Shown here in pieces: positions 44,090 through 54,713 of a stretch of 64,000 nt of DNA; within the stretch, counting starts at the first letter, position 1; each line of letters begins with the position of its first letter. Made by a program: the position numbers and the translations under genes. The notes beneath the pieces were generated by a model, which saw only the letters and a program-made list of their open reading frames with translations, was not told the DNA's origin and did no database searches. The DNA comes from Planktothrix sp. GU0601_MAG3 (GTDB lineage: Bacteria > Cyanobacteriota > Cyanobacteriia > Cyanobacteriales > Microcoleaceae): the NCBI GenBank assembly GCA_035193785.1, contig CP136572.1, positions 3,860,578 to 3,924,577 of the forward strand. The letters run 5' to 3'.

Positions 44090-45238
44090 ATGACCTCACG
44101 CTATCTGTTATACAAAGATTATGAATCTGGCTTAAATAATAACTTAATGGGGTTAGAAATAGCCGTAGGATTAGCCTATTTAACCCAACGAAAGTTAGTT
44201 TTTTATGGTTCCGTGGGAGAGGATAAAAACATCTTACCTGTGCGGGGTGGCTATTTTTTATCTGTGCCGGAAAGTCGGAAACATATTATTAATATTGACC
44301 GACTTCCCACGATTTTAGATTTAGTGGATAAACTGCCTATTCCTATTTTAAACTATTCAGAATTTTTAGCAGAAACTCAAGGAAAAAATCTCAGCTATTA
44401 TCAGAGTCAGGCGAGATTAGTTAATGCGGTTTTTGTTCCGAATAATATTACAATTGACCCCAAGATTTTATCGGATTTTGCCGAAAATCGCATAATTGTA
44501 AAGGATGTTGAACAGGATATTTTAGAATTTAGTGCCTGTAATTTAGCCTATTATTCTCGCTTTTTTTATCTGCCTTCCCCGACGCTATATTCCCTAATGG
44601 AAGCGATTCAATTTAAACCCATTTATCGGAATTTAGCTGATAAAATCTCTCAAACCCTGGGAGAATATAATGGAATTCATATTCGTCTGACAGACTATCG
44701 CAACTGGATTCCCCACCGAGAAGCCGACCATCCCTATTTAATCTTAAAAACCCTAAAAGAAATTTTTCCCCCGGAAGAACTTTTATTAATTTGTACCGAT
44801 GAATCCGAGAATATGGATTTTTTTAATCCGATTTTAAATTACTATAAAAATGCTATTTTTATTGATCACTTTATTATTGCTAACTGGCAAAAAGAATTTC
44901 AAAATTTACCCTTTACCGATGAACAAACCCTAGGATTAATTTGTAATTTAGTGATATGGAACTGTCAGCAATTCGCGGGTAGTTTTCGCAGTACCTATAC
45001 CGGAATTATCCATAGAAACTGGTTTAGAAAGCAACTCCAAAAGCAACCTAACCCTTCTAAATTAACCTTTAAATTTGTAGAAAGTGGTTTATCCCCTGGA
45101 GAAGTCCAGTTTCATCAAGGTTCCTATGCAGAAATTAATCCTGGTTTTTTTAGTTGGAATCGTATTCATCTCCCCGTGGTCACAGAAATGAAATCTTGGT
45201 GCCGAGAATGGCCGGAATCCGTGTGTTTAACCCTCTAG
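44090..45238 (+). CDS. O-fucosyltransferase-like glycosyltransferase (GT-B)
   Basis: GLNNNLM, YNGIHIRLTD, LICTDE and FAGSFRSTYT correspond to fucosyltransferase superfamily motifs. Confidence 0.7.
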   Translation: MTSRYLLYKDYESGLNNNLMGLEIAVGLAYLTQRKLVFYGSVGEDKNILPVRGGYFLSVPESRKHIINIDRLPTILDLVDKLPIPILNYSEFLAETQGKNLSYYQSQARLVNAVFVPNNITIDPKILSDFAENRIIVKDVEQDILEFSACNLAYYSRFFYLPSPTLYSLMEAIQFKPIYRNLADKISQTLGEYNGIHIRLTDYRNWIPHREADHPYLILKTLKEIFPPEELLLICTDESENMDFFNPILNYYKNAIFIDHFIIANWQKEFQNLPFTDEQTLGLICNLVIWNCQQFAGSFRSTYTGIIHRNWFRKQLQKQPNPSKLTFKFVESGLSPGEVQFHQGSYAEINPGFFSWNRIHLPVVTEMKSWCREWPESVCLTL

Positions 45239-45246
45239 GATAACTA

Positions 45247-45444
45247 CTAATCAACGATTGTGATTTGCCCGGTACTTAATGCTCTCTGGAGGATACAAAC
45301 TAAGTGTTTTTCCTGTTCATCAAGTTGACGCAATAACCAATATCTCATGGCATATCGCTCTTGCCGACTCATAGATTCAGTCTGGAGAATTTTCTCAATC
45401 ATTTGTTGGAAACTCAAGCTGGGAATAGATAATGTTTCAGACAT
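45247..45444 (-). CDS. Small hypothetical helical protein
   Basis: MSETLSIP...ILQRALSTGQITIVD; start uncertain. Confidence 0.6.
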   Translation of the reverse strand: MSETLSIPSLSFQQMIEKILQTESMSRQERYAMRYWLLRQLDEQEKHLVCILQRALSTGQITIVD

Positions 45445-45551
45445 AAACGTACTTGAAGGCAACTCGTTAGAGGGTATAAATATCTGGTACTGACTCACTC
45501 TATTTAATGATTTTTGTGCTATTCTGGATGTGATCACCCCCATTAATAATA

Positions 45552-45567
45552 GGTGAGATAGATCACA
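45552..45567. promoter_or_regulatory. Putative CRP-family binding site
   Basis: GGTGA-GATAGA-TCACA between divergent genes. Confidence 0.45.
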
Positions 45568-45778
45568 AAAGTTCAAAAGGTAACGGCCAACAGGGAAATC
45601 CTTCTCATTAAAATTAGGGGATTGGGGGCACGACCCCTTGAGACTTTGTGACCGACGCCCAGCCCGTTTGTTTTGATTTAAGACTTGACCTTTCTTTGAA
45701 TGGGGGAATGGTTGTCGATTTGCACAGCTTAAAGAGTAAAATCTTCTTGTTCGCTATTTTTGATTCAAGGAGACTCCA

Positions 45779-46135
45779 TTGAAAAAGATCTTATCAGTCC
45801 TTATTTCGAGTTTTCTATTGTTAACAGTCCTGGTGTCTAAACCTGCATTAGCAGAAGGAGTTTTAAGTGGGTCTACCATTTTTTCCAACTCCTGTGCAGC
45901 TTGCCACATTAACGGAAATAACGTTATAGTTGCTAACAAAACTCTCAAAAAAGAAGCATTTATTAAATACTTAAAAGGATATAAAGAAAATCCTCTGGCT
46001 GCAATTATTAACCAAATCACCAATGGTAAAAATGCGATGCCAGCTTTTAAAAGTCGGTTAACTTCCAGAGAAATTACAACCGTTGCCGCCTATGTTGTTG
46101 AACAAGCTGAAAAAGCATGGTCGCCATTGGAATAA
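45779..46135 (+). CDS. petJ: Cytochrome c6-family protein
   Basis: Signal peptide ..PALA, CAACH haem motif and GKNAMPAF; AGGAGA RBS before a TTG start. Confidence 0.88.
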   Translation: MKKILSVLISSFLLLTVLVSKPALAEGVLSGSTIFSNSCAACHINGNNVIVANKTLKKEAFIKYLKGYKENPLAAIINQITNGKNAMPAFKSRLTSREITTVAAYVVEQAEKAWSPLE

Positions 46136-46307
46136 ATTTCCTTAGATCATAATATTATGGGAGCAAATTTCCCAGTTCAACCCCAATATCTGTTATCTTG
46201 GATATCAAAACTATGCCAAACAGCTTGTGAGTCATAAGCCTCTGGAAAACTCAGAGTTGCCTGGTTCCACACCGCACTTTTGTCCGTCAAATCTGTATCA
46301 AAAATCA

Positions 46308-47409
46308 ATGTTTACACAAGTGCATTTGACAGAGCGACACCATCATATTCTGTGGGCTACGATTCGTCACTATATTGCGACGGCCGAAACCCGTGGGTTC
46401 TAAGGCTTTGGTGGAAGAATACAACCTCAAAGTCAGTCCCGCCACTATTCGCAACGGTATGGGGGTCTTAGAACGGGCTGGACTCCTGTATCAGCCCCAT
46501 ACCTCCGCCGGACGCATCCCCTCGGACTCGGGGTATCGGATTTATGTCGATAAACTGATTACCCCCTCAGAAACCGTTGCGGATGAGGCGCTGCACCTGT
46601 TACGCGAACAACTGAATTTAAAAAACTGTAGTTTGGAAGCGGTTTTGCGGGGGGCGTCGCAAATTTTATCAACTTTGAGTGGATATATTACCTTAGTTAC
46701 ACTCCCGAAAACCGTCACTACCCGGTTACGACATTTGCATTTGGTTTCCATAGAACCCGGGAAAATCATGTTAGTGGTGGTGACGGACTCCTATCAAACT
46801 CAGTCCAGTTTAATTGATTTATCTCCAACGAATTCTCTCTCGGATTCTGAGGCGATGGGAGTTAATCTTTTACCCAAAGATCAGGAAGTTTTAGAACAGG
46901 AATTGCAACTGCTTTCTAATTTCTTAAATGCTCAACTCAGGGGCAAATCTATTTCTGAACTTTCGATTTTAGATTGGAGTGAATTAGATCGGGAATTTCA
47001 GTGCTATTCTGACTTTTTAATAAAGTTATTAACGGATTTAAGTTTTCGTAGCCAAACCCCAGAATATACTCCAATTCTGATTAGTGGCATTGCTGAACTT
47101 TTACATTTACCTGAATTTTCCCAATTGCAACAGGTGAAAACTTTGATGCACTTATTAGAAGAAGAGCAGGAACAATTGTGGCCGTTAATTTTTCCCAATC
47201 CCAAACAAGAACAACGGGTTACGGTTCGCATTGGGTCGGAAAATCCCTTAGAACCCATTCAAGGCTGTACCTTGGTTTCTGCACCCTATCGACGGGATAA
47301 TATTCCGGTCGGAAGTGTGGGAATTTTAGGCCCGACTCGGATGATGTATGAAAATGCGATCGCCGTGGTTGAAGCCGCCGCCGATTATTTGTCTGAAGCA
47401 CTGAGTTAA
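46308..47409 (+). CDS. hrcA: Heat-inducible transcription repressor HrcA (apparent frameshift near 46388)
   Basis: Repaired [35 protein letters not shown] and GILGPTRM. Confidence 0.95.
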
Positions 47410-47427
47410 TTTTTAGTCCCTAAATTT

Positions 47428-47815
47428 ATGGTGGGTTTAGAAACCTTTAAAAAATAGCTTATCTTCCTTTGTTCATCTTCTGGGATTTTGCTTAGAAGCC
47501 CTCTCCGCTTTTTGCATATTATTAGGATTAATTAGTACCTTAAAAATAGCCCTAGCGAGTTTCCGCCGTCGGCAAATTTTTCCCTTTATAGAATTACGTC
47601 TTAACTTTGGCAGTTGGTTAGCTTTAGCCCTGGAATTTCAGTTGGGTGCAGATATTTTGTTCACAACCGTTACACCGTCTTTTATTGCTTTAGGTCAGTT
47701 AGCGGCTATTGCTGTAATTCGGACATTTTTAAACTATTTCTTAAATAAAGAATTAGAAATGGAAACCAAATTTCAGAATAATTTAAAGGGGAAATCTTCC
47801 CTGGATCAGTTATAA
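47428..47815 (+). CDS. DUF1622 family membrane protein (apparent frameshift near 47442; not in the ORF track)
   Basis: RLNFGSWLALALEFQLGADIL...AAIAVIRTFLNYFLNKE. Confidence 0.85.
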
Positions 47816-47818
47816 AAT

Positions 47819-48604
47819 ATGACAGTAAATTCTGATATTTTAAGACAGGCAGAAATAGCAATTACTGAGTTTGAAAATTCAAAAATTACCGGAGTTTGGA
47901 CGGGATTAGATCAACAACAAATTATTGCAGAATTGCGATCGCGTTTGGTTAATCCTTTTAATATTAATCAAGAAACTCAACCATTTTGTGGCCCGGCTGC
48001 AATTATTTTTGAACTAATTAGAAAAAATCCTCTTGCTTATATTCAACTCTGCCGTAATTTGTTTCAAATTGGGGGATTTCATACCCAAACCAATCGTTGG
48101 ATTTCTCCACCTCAATGGTTACAAGAAAGTCCCTTAAATTTACAAATTCCCCAAGTAGATTGGATGGTTTTATCCACCCTTAGAGAATCAGAAAATATTA
48201 TTTTTTCTGTAGATCCAAATGCCCCTCAACTATTAAGAAATTTGGCGGGAATAACTAAACCTTGGGAAATGGCAGGGTGGATTAAGGAAATTTTAGGCTA
48301 TCAAACCGTTAATGATAGAAATGCTTACTTATTTGGGGATTTAGAAGCCATTGAAACCGCAAATCAGATGATTGAATCCGGTGGTGTCGCCTTTGCCTTA
48401 ATTAATGATTCGGGTTTACTCCTAAATCAACCGCCCGTTTTTCCCTATCCTAATCATTGGGTGGCATTATTAGAGAAAATTCAAATTAATCTCAACAGCA
48501 ATTTGATTAATTTTAAAGTCTATACCTGGGGACAGGAAATGCAAATTACTGTTGATTTAAAAACCTTTAAAACCCATTTTTGGGAAGTGGTAATCGGAAT
48601 TTAA
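47819..48604 (+). CDS. Hypothetical protein, possible papain-fold cysteine peptidase
   Basis: Q..FCGPAA, NHWVAL and VYTWG occur in papain-like order. Confidence 0.55.
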   Translation: MTVNSDILRQAEIAITEFENSKITGVWTGLDQQQIIAELRSRLVNPFNINQETQPFCGPAAIIFELIRKNPLAYIQLCRNLFQIGGFHTQTNRWISPPQWLQESPLNLQIPQVDWMVLSTLRESENIIFSVDPNAPQLLRNLAGITKPWEMAGWIKEILGYQTVNDRNAYLFGDLEAIETANQMIESGGVAFALINDSGLLLNQPPVFPYPNHWVALLEKIQINLNSNLINFKVYTWGQEMQITVDLKTFKTHFWEVVIGI

Positions 48605-48612
48605 AGTTAAAT

Positions 48613-49344
48613 TTAATTAACTTCAATATTACCAATTAATGAATTAGTAATAATCCGTTTAACTCCCAGATTAACTAACTTTTTAAAATCCTCTAAATCA
48701 TCCACCGTCCAAACCACAATATCTACCCCCTGATTTCGACTTTGGGTAATTATTTCAGGATGCTCTAAAATCACAGAATAATCTACGGTTAAAATAGCAT
48801 TTACTTTACTAATAGCGGTTTGCAGTTGCTGTTCAAACTGCTTAAAATCAATTAAAAAATATCCCAGGATGATTTCGGGACAATATCCCCGAATTTGGTC
48901 TAAAAATTCCTGATTAAATGAAGTCATAATCGACTTGTTGATCAAGTTATTATTAATTAATAAATCTCCCAACTGTTTGATTTCTAAGTCTGACCATTGA
49001 TGATCGGGTTTAACATCAAAATATAAAAAATCTTTAACTTCTTGAAAAGATGCGATCGCATTTTCTAAGGTCGGAATACTTTCCCCAGCAAATCTTTCTG
49101 CAAACCACGATCCCGCATCTAATTCTTTTAATTCTGCTACGGTTTTTTCGGAAATTTTACCCGATACTCCCGTAATTCTGTTTAACTCTTGATCATGGAA
49201 AATAACCGGAATTCCATCCGCAGAAACCTGTAAATCAAATTCTAGGGAATTTGCCCCCTGTTGCAAAGCAGCACTAAACGCCACTAGGGTATTTTCCGGC
49301 GCCATCACCGAAAAACCTCGATGGGCAATAATTTCTAAATCCAC
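48613..49344 (-). CDS. Glycerophosphodiester phosphodiesterase
   Basis: IAHRG, PENTLVAF, EFD, VIFHD and WTVD. Confidence 0.93.
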   Translation of the reverse strand: MDLEIIAHRGFSVMAPENTLVAFSAALQQGANSLEFDLQVSADGIPVIFHDQELNRITGVSGKISEKTVAELKELDAGSWFAERFAGESIPTLENAIASFQEVKDFLYFDVKPDHQWSDLEIKQLGDLLINNNLINKSIMTSFNQEFLDQIRGYCPEIILGYFLIDFKQFEQQLQTAISKVNAILTVDYSVILEHPEIITQSRNQGVDIVVWTVDDLEDFKKLVNLGVKRIITNSLIGNIEVN

Positions 49345-49369
49345 AATTTTACCTCTATTTTTACTATAA

Positions 49370-50233
49370 TTAGTTTACCACAATTTGAGTATTTAAAAAC
49401 CCTTCAACCGTTTGATTAAAACTTTCAGGTTCGACTAGAAATGACCAATGATTTCCCGCTACACGCTGAATTTCTAATCGAGTTAAATACTGTTTATAGG
49501 GTTTTAATTGCCAGTCCATGCGATTTACACCTTTTTCTGGTTGGATTAATAATGTAGGAATATCAATATTTTCTGTTAACCCAGGAACTTCCATCACCTG
49601 TTCAAAAATTTCATTCCTAGCAGCAATTCCAAATTTACTTCCCCAACTTCCATCGGGTTTTTGTTCCATTCCCATTTGAAATAATTCCTGTTGTAAATCA
49701 CTCCATCCTGAAAATTGAGCTAATTGTTTAGCCAGATTTTCCGCCTGTTCAAAACTGGTAAATGGCCCCATTAATTTTAAGCAAGCTAACTGACGGTATA
49801 GAATAGGTAAAGTTAGTTTAAACAAACCCGGAAGTTTCATAATGAAAATTGGATCAACTAAGATCAGGCTATTAAACCGTTTAGGATTTTTTTGTGCCCA
49901 AATTGCCACCAGTTTCCCCGTCCAAGAATGTCCTAAAATATGGGCTTTTGACCAGTTTAGATGCTCCATTAAGGCTTCTAAATCTTCAATGACTTCGGTA
50001 AAGGTATAGCCGTGGTCGGGTTTACTACTTTCTCCATGTCCGCGCATATCAGGTGCTATAATATGATAGCGATCGCTTAATTTTTCTGCTAATTTTTTCC
50101 AGACTAATGCCTGATCTGCTAACCCATGTAATAACAAAATATTGGTATCCGAGGAAGTTTGAATAGCAGAATTCCATTCTAAATAAGATAAATTTATTTT
50201 TGATAACGATAAATTATTTCTAACACAACTCAT
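49370..50233 (-). CDS. Alpha/beta fold hydrolase
   Basis: LLHG, DMRGHGES, GHSWTG and GNHW. Confidence 0.9.
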   Translation of the reverse strand: MSCVRNNLSLSKINLSYLEWNSAIQTSSDTNILLLHGLADQALVWKKLAEKLSDRYHIIAPDMRGHGESSKPDHGYTFTEVIEDLEALMEHLNWSKAHILGHSWTGKLVAIWAQKNPKRFNSLILVDPIFIMKLPGLFKLTLPILYRQLACLKLMGPFTSFEQAENLAKQLAQFSGWSDLQQELFQMGMEQKPDGSWGSKFGIAARNEIFEQVMEVPGLTENIDIPTLLIQPEKGVNRMDWQLKPYKQYLTRLEIQRVAGNHWSFLVEPESFNQTVEGFLNTQIVVN

Positions 50234-50491
50234 GTTTTGTCCTCTTGAAATAATTAATTAGTTGGCTGGCTGGATATAGCACAACTTTTGTTCAGATTGT
50301 CATATTTTATTATAACCCAAAAAAGTCTTAAAACCTATCTAACTTTAGTTCAAACAATGGTCAACATCTTTTACAGTTACATCAATCCCAGCCTCCTCAA
50401 ATTTAATCCAATAATTACACATAATCCACACCTTCCCCGAATCTGTAACACGCCGTTGATTATCTTTTGTTGCGGTGTTACCGTTCGACTA

Positions 50492-50543
50492 GCTCATGGC
50501 TCACGACTCAAGGCTTACGGCTCAAGGCTCACGGCTTACGGCT
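50492..50543. repeat. Degenerate heptamer array (GGCTCAC/GGCTTAC)
   Basis: Tandem units in the prk upstream region. Confidence 0.8.
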
Positions 50544-50878
50544 AACTACGCAGCCTGTTGAGGTATTCCGGTGTTGCGGTGTTCCCTTTTGAGCCTAAAT
50601 TTTGGATGCAATTCAAATAGGATTGCTATATATTGAAATTAATGCTTGTAGGGATGATCCCCTTCTGGTAAAATCAGAAGCAAAAGTTAGTATTAAATAC
50701 TTAGCTTGCCTAAGTGCAAGGCCTTCTGTCAGTGGGGAGTCTGTTCACTACCACAAAGTTGAGGTTTACTCCACCTTCGGATCAGGTGAAGACTCAACGG
50801 TGCTGGCATTGGTCAAGGTTTTAATGCTTTAAATTCAATGATCTAAGTTGTCAACAGTTTCTTTTAGGGTAGAGGAAG

Positions 50879-51883
50879 ATGGGAAATAAGCCGAACCGCG
50901 TGGTTTTAATTGGTGTTGCTGGAGATTCTGGGTGCGGAAAATCAACATTTTTACGTCGGATAACAGACATCTTTGGAAAAGATTTTGTAACGGTTATCTG
51001 TTTAGATGATTACCATTGTTTAGATCGTAAGCAACGCAAAGAAACCGGAATTACCGCTCTTGATCCTAGAGCTAATAATTTCGATTTAATGTATCAGCAA
51101 GTTAACGCTCTGAAAAATGGTATATCTATTGATAAACCCATTTATAATCACGAAACTGGCGAGTTAGATCCCCCCGAACGGGTCGATCCTAATCATATTA
51201 TTGTGATTGAAGGGTTACATCCGTTATATGACGAACGGGTGCGATCGCTGCTTGATTTTAGTGTTTATTTAGATATCAGCGACGAAGTTAAAATTTCGTG
51301 GAAAATTCAGCGCGACATGGCGGAACGGGGACATCGTTACGAAGATGTTTTGGCGGCAATTAATGCTCGTCGTCCCGATTTTGAAGCCTATATTGACCCC
51401 CAAAAGCAATATGCGGATGTGGTGGTTCAAATTCTACCCACCAACCTGATCGCTGAAGATAAAGAACATAAAGTTCTGCGGGTGCGTTTGGTACAGAAAG
51501 AAGGTGTGGAAGGACTCGAACCCGCCTACCTGTTTGATCAAGGATCAACCATTTACTGGACACCTTGCGGACGTAAACTGACCTGTTCCTATCCAGGTCT
51601 GAAAATGTATTATGGCCCCGATAACTACTACGGAAACGAAGTATCTATCCTCGAAGTTGATGGTCAATTCGATAACCTCGATGAGATGATCTACGTCGAA
51701 GGGCACTTAAGCAATTTATCTACGAAATACTATGGAGAAATGACCCATCTCCTCCGCGAACGCCAAGAGTACCCCGGTTCCAATAATGGTAGCGGATTAT
51801 TCCAGGTGTTAGTTGGTCTGAAAATGCGGGCGACCTACGAGCGCTTAGTTGGAGCTAACGAAAAAGTTGCAGCAACGGTCTAA
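50879..51883 (+). CDS. prk: Phosphoribulokinase
   Basis: AGDSGCGKST, ICLDDYH, RDMAERGH and PCGRKLTCSYPG. Confidence 0.97.
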   Translation: MGNKPNRVVLIGVAGDSGCGKSTFLRRITDIFGKDFVTVICLDDYHCLDRKQRKETGITALDPRANNFDLMYQQVNALKNGISIDKPIYNHETGELDPPERVDPNHIIVIEGLHPLYDERVRSLLDFSVYLDISDEVKISWKIQRDMAERGHRYEDVLAAINARRPDFEAYIDPQKQYADVVVQILPTNLIAEDKEHKVLRVRLVQKEGVEGLEPAYLFDQGSTIYWTPCGRKLTCSYPGLKMYYGPDNYYGNEVSILEVDGQFDNLDEMIYVEGHLSNLSTKYYGEMTHLLRERQEYPGSNNGSGLFQVLVGLKMRATYERLVGANEKVAATV

Positions 51884-51915
51884 TTTTCATCGGTTAGCCG
51901 TTCAATTAAACTCAG

Positions 51916-51955
51916 ATAACGCGGGATCAACGAATCTCGCGTTATTTTTTATTTT
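51916..51955 (+). terminator. Rho-independent terminator of prk
   Basis: ATAACGCGGGAT-loop-ATCTCGCGTTAT followed by a T tract. Confidence 0.8.
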
Positions 51956-52042
51956 GCCCGTTGTTGCGCTTCAGCGCACCTCTTAAATGAATTATATGTA
52001 GGAGTAATTCATAAATGACCCCTACATATAACCGCTATACAT

Positions 52043-52375
52043 TTAAACATTGGAGCGGTTCAAAAAGTGTGAATCTAAAACTTTTTTAACAGAATCACTT
52101 AAGATTTGAATTTGATTTTCCTCCAAGTTTTCAGACGCATTAAGTTCAGGTTCCGAGCCAATTTCTGTTAATTTAGAATTGATTTGAGGGTTAACGTCAC
52201 AAAACTCAATAATAGCTTCCGATATAGATTCAATCCGATCAGAATCCGATTCCGTCTCTGAGTTATCCAAAACCGTTTCTAATCGAGTTAAATCATTTAA
52301 AACTTCTGCCGAAAATAGTTCGGGTTTTTGGGTCACAATTTCAGAAAAAAAGGTAATCACCTGTTGAGATTTCAT
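52043..52375 (-). CDS. Hypothetical acidic protein
   Basis: 110-aa ORF downstream of, and co-oriented with, the coiled-coil genes. Confidence 0.65.
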   Translation of the reverse strand: MKSQQVITFFSEIVTQKPELFSAEVLNDLTRLETVLDNSETESDSDRIESISEAIIEFCDVNPQINSKLTEIGSEPELNASENLEENQIQILSDSVKKVLDSHFLNRSNV

Positions 52376-52513
52376 AGCAATCGGTATCCTGACTAAGATT
52401 GACAAAGATATTTTAATCCTAGAGTATCAAAAATTGCTCAAAAATGCTAATCATAAATTCCTCCGTTAGTCAAATTCGAGCAGATTCAGAGTTTCTCCCC
52501 ATAGCAAGATTGC

Positions 52514-53591
52514 CTATTTGCCCTTATTGGGGTTTTTAGCCTGTTTCTAAAGCAATTTCTTTTACCGCTTGGAAGGAACTAATATTAGAAGCACCTTCGA
52601 TGGCTTTTACCGCTAAATCTTGAACCTGTTTTAAGGCAGAATCCAATTGTTTTGATAGGGTTTGTAAACGAGTCTCTTGACTTTGAATGGTTTCCATTAA
52701 GGACTTAACCCGCAATTCATAATATTGTTTCTGACCTTCTACTTCTTTGGCGAGTAAATCCGATTTAATTTTGGCTTGATAATTGCCAATATTCCGTCCC
52801 AGGTCTTTCCCCCGTTTGATATTATCTTCCAACTTTTGAGGAAATTCTTCTACTTTTGTTTTAACTTCTGCATAAAGTTTTTCCCGTTCAAAAATCGTTT
52901 TTTCTCGTTCTGACCATTGTTTTTCCTGTTCTGATTGCAAATCATCAAGCTGTTTATACAGGGTTTTCTTAGCTTGTGAATAGGTATCAATATCAATATC
53001 TCGTTGTAATTTTAAATTATAATCGTATGTTTCTTGATCCCGCGATCGCGATTTTTGATAGGTTTCATTGCGTTCTTTAATTATCCGTTGATATTCTTCC
53101 TGTTCTTTTTGCCATGCTTTTTGCTGTTCTTGAAATTCCTGTTCTAAGGTTTCTCGTTGTAAACTTAACTCCTGATCAAAGGTTTTTGCACTGGTTTCAT
53201 AGCGTTGAACTAAGGTTTCTAAGGTGTCATCTTCAACGGTTTCTAAATCATGTAATTCTGCTAATTGTTGCAATTCCTGGGTAACATTATAACGCAATTC
53301 TCCCAGTTTTATCGCTTCGGATGTTAGTTGTTCTGACAATTCATTAATTGCACTACCAAACCCCGTTTGTAATAGCAATAAATTATCAATAGTTTGCTGC
53401 ATTTTGGGTTTTTGGACAACGGGTATAGGGGTCATAGGTTTAATCTTTTCTTCACTAATAGGTTTAACTTCTTTGGGAGTAGAACTCAGTTGTTTAATCT
53501 GGGTTTCTAAATCATTTTTTTCTTGAGCTAACTCTTGATAGGCTTCCAAAAGTTCGGCTTTAGTATTGCGATCGCTTACTTTTTTAGTCAT
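52514..53591 (-). CDS. Long coiled-coil protein, paralog B (apparent frameshift near 52545)
   Basis: E/K/Q-rich heptads. The repair gives the end KEIALEQAKNPNKGK*, 358 aa. Confidence 0.85.
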
Positions 53592-53646
53592 TTTTTTTCT
53601 TTATTTTGGGTATAGTTAAGAACTAAAATCAGCTAAATTCTAGGGT

Positions 53647-54649
53647 TTATTTCGTCCCACTATTAGAACTGGTAGAACTAGAAAAAGCCCGCATTGCTAG
53701 ATCTTGAGCTTGTTTTAAGGTTTCTTGTAACTGAGTAGTAATTTGGGTAATTTGTTCATTTTGTCGTTGAATAGTTTGTTCCAAAGATTGAACTTGTAAC
53801 TCATAACCCTGTTTATTAGATTCCCATTCTTTCGCCAATAAATCTGATTTAACTTTTGCTTCTCTTGTGGCTTCTTGAATTGCTTCTTCCTTCGCCTGAT
53901 CATGGGCTTGTTTTAGTTGTTCTTCATAGCCAGCAACCTGCTGTTGATTGGCTTCAAATTCCGCTTGATTTACCGTGAGAATTTGTTCTCTTTCTGTCCA
54001 ATTTTTATCTTTTTCTTGATTTAATTCTAATAACTCCCGTTCTAATTTCCGTCTGATATCTTCATATTCATCCGTTTCAATTCTTCGAGTGCGTTTCTAA
54101 CTCATAATTATAATCGGCTTCCCCCTGTTCACGACTGCGGGTTAAACGTTCTATTTCTTCCTCAACCGTAGTATCAAATTCCTGTTGTTCCTTTCCCCAA
54201 ATTTTGTGTTTTGTGGTAATATCTTTTTGTAAAACTTCTTGCCCCAGGGCGGCATTTTGTTCTAATAAACTTAACTTTTCCTGATGTTCCTGGGTTAAAA
54301 TATGTAAAGCATCAGCCACAATCCGAATTTTATGAATTTCCTTGAAATGCTGATCTTCGACCTCAATTCCTCGCTTTAATTCCTCTAATTTTGTTGATTC
54401 TGTTCGTAACTTTTCCGTTAATTCCGTAATCACAGAACCAAAATCTAGCTGTAAATCTGCTAACCCTTTAACAATACTATCGACGGTATAAGTCGCCGCA
54501 GTTTCTAAAATTTGTTTGCCTTTTTCTTGCTCCGCTTCCTGTTCCTTGGTGGCAACTTTTGACTCAATGCGTTTTTGTTCGGCTAAAATTTGTTGAAAGG
54601 CGGCTAAAAGTTGGGTTTTGCTACTGGGGACAAAAGGGGAATGGGTCAT
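53647..54649 (-). CDS. Long coiled-coil protein, paralog A (apparent frameshift near 54095)
   Basis: Removing one base joins 54077-54649 to 53647-53838 without stops, giving 333 aa. It shares motifs with paralog B. Confidence 0.85.
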
Positions 54650-54713
54650 GATCAGTTTCTCCGTTTACAACATCAGCTAGACTAACAAGAATGATTAGAT
54701 ATCCCGTTAAACA

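Noticed and set aside
50288..50832. ORFs 50288-50545 and 50602-50832, or an ncRNA upstream of prk
   Set aside because: The ORFs have TTG starts, repeat-derived sequence and no motifs. The region has some hairpins, but I cannot support a specific RNA family.
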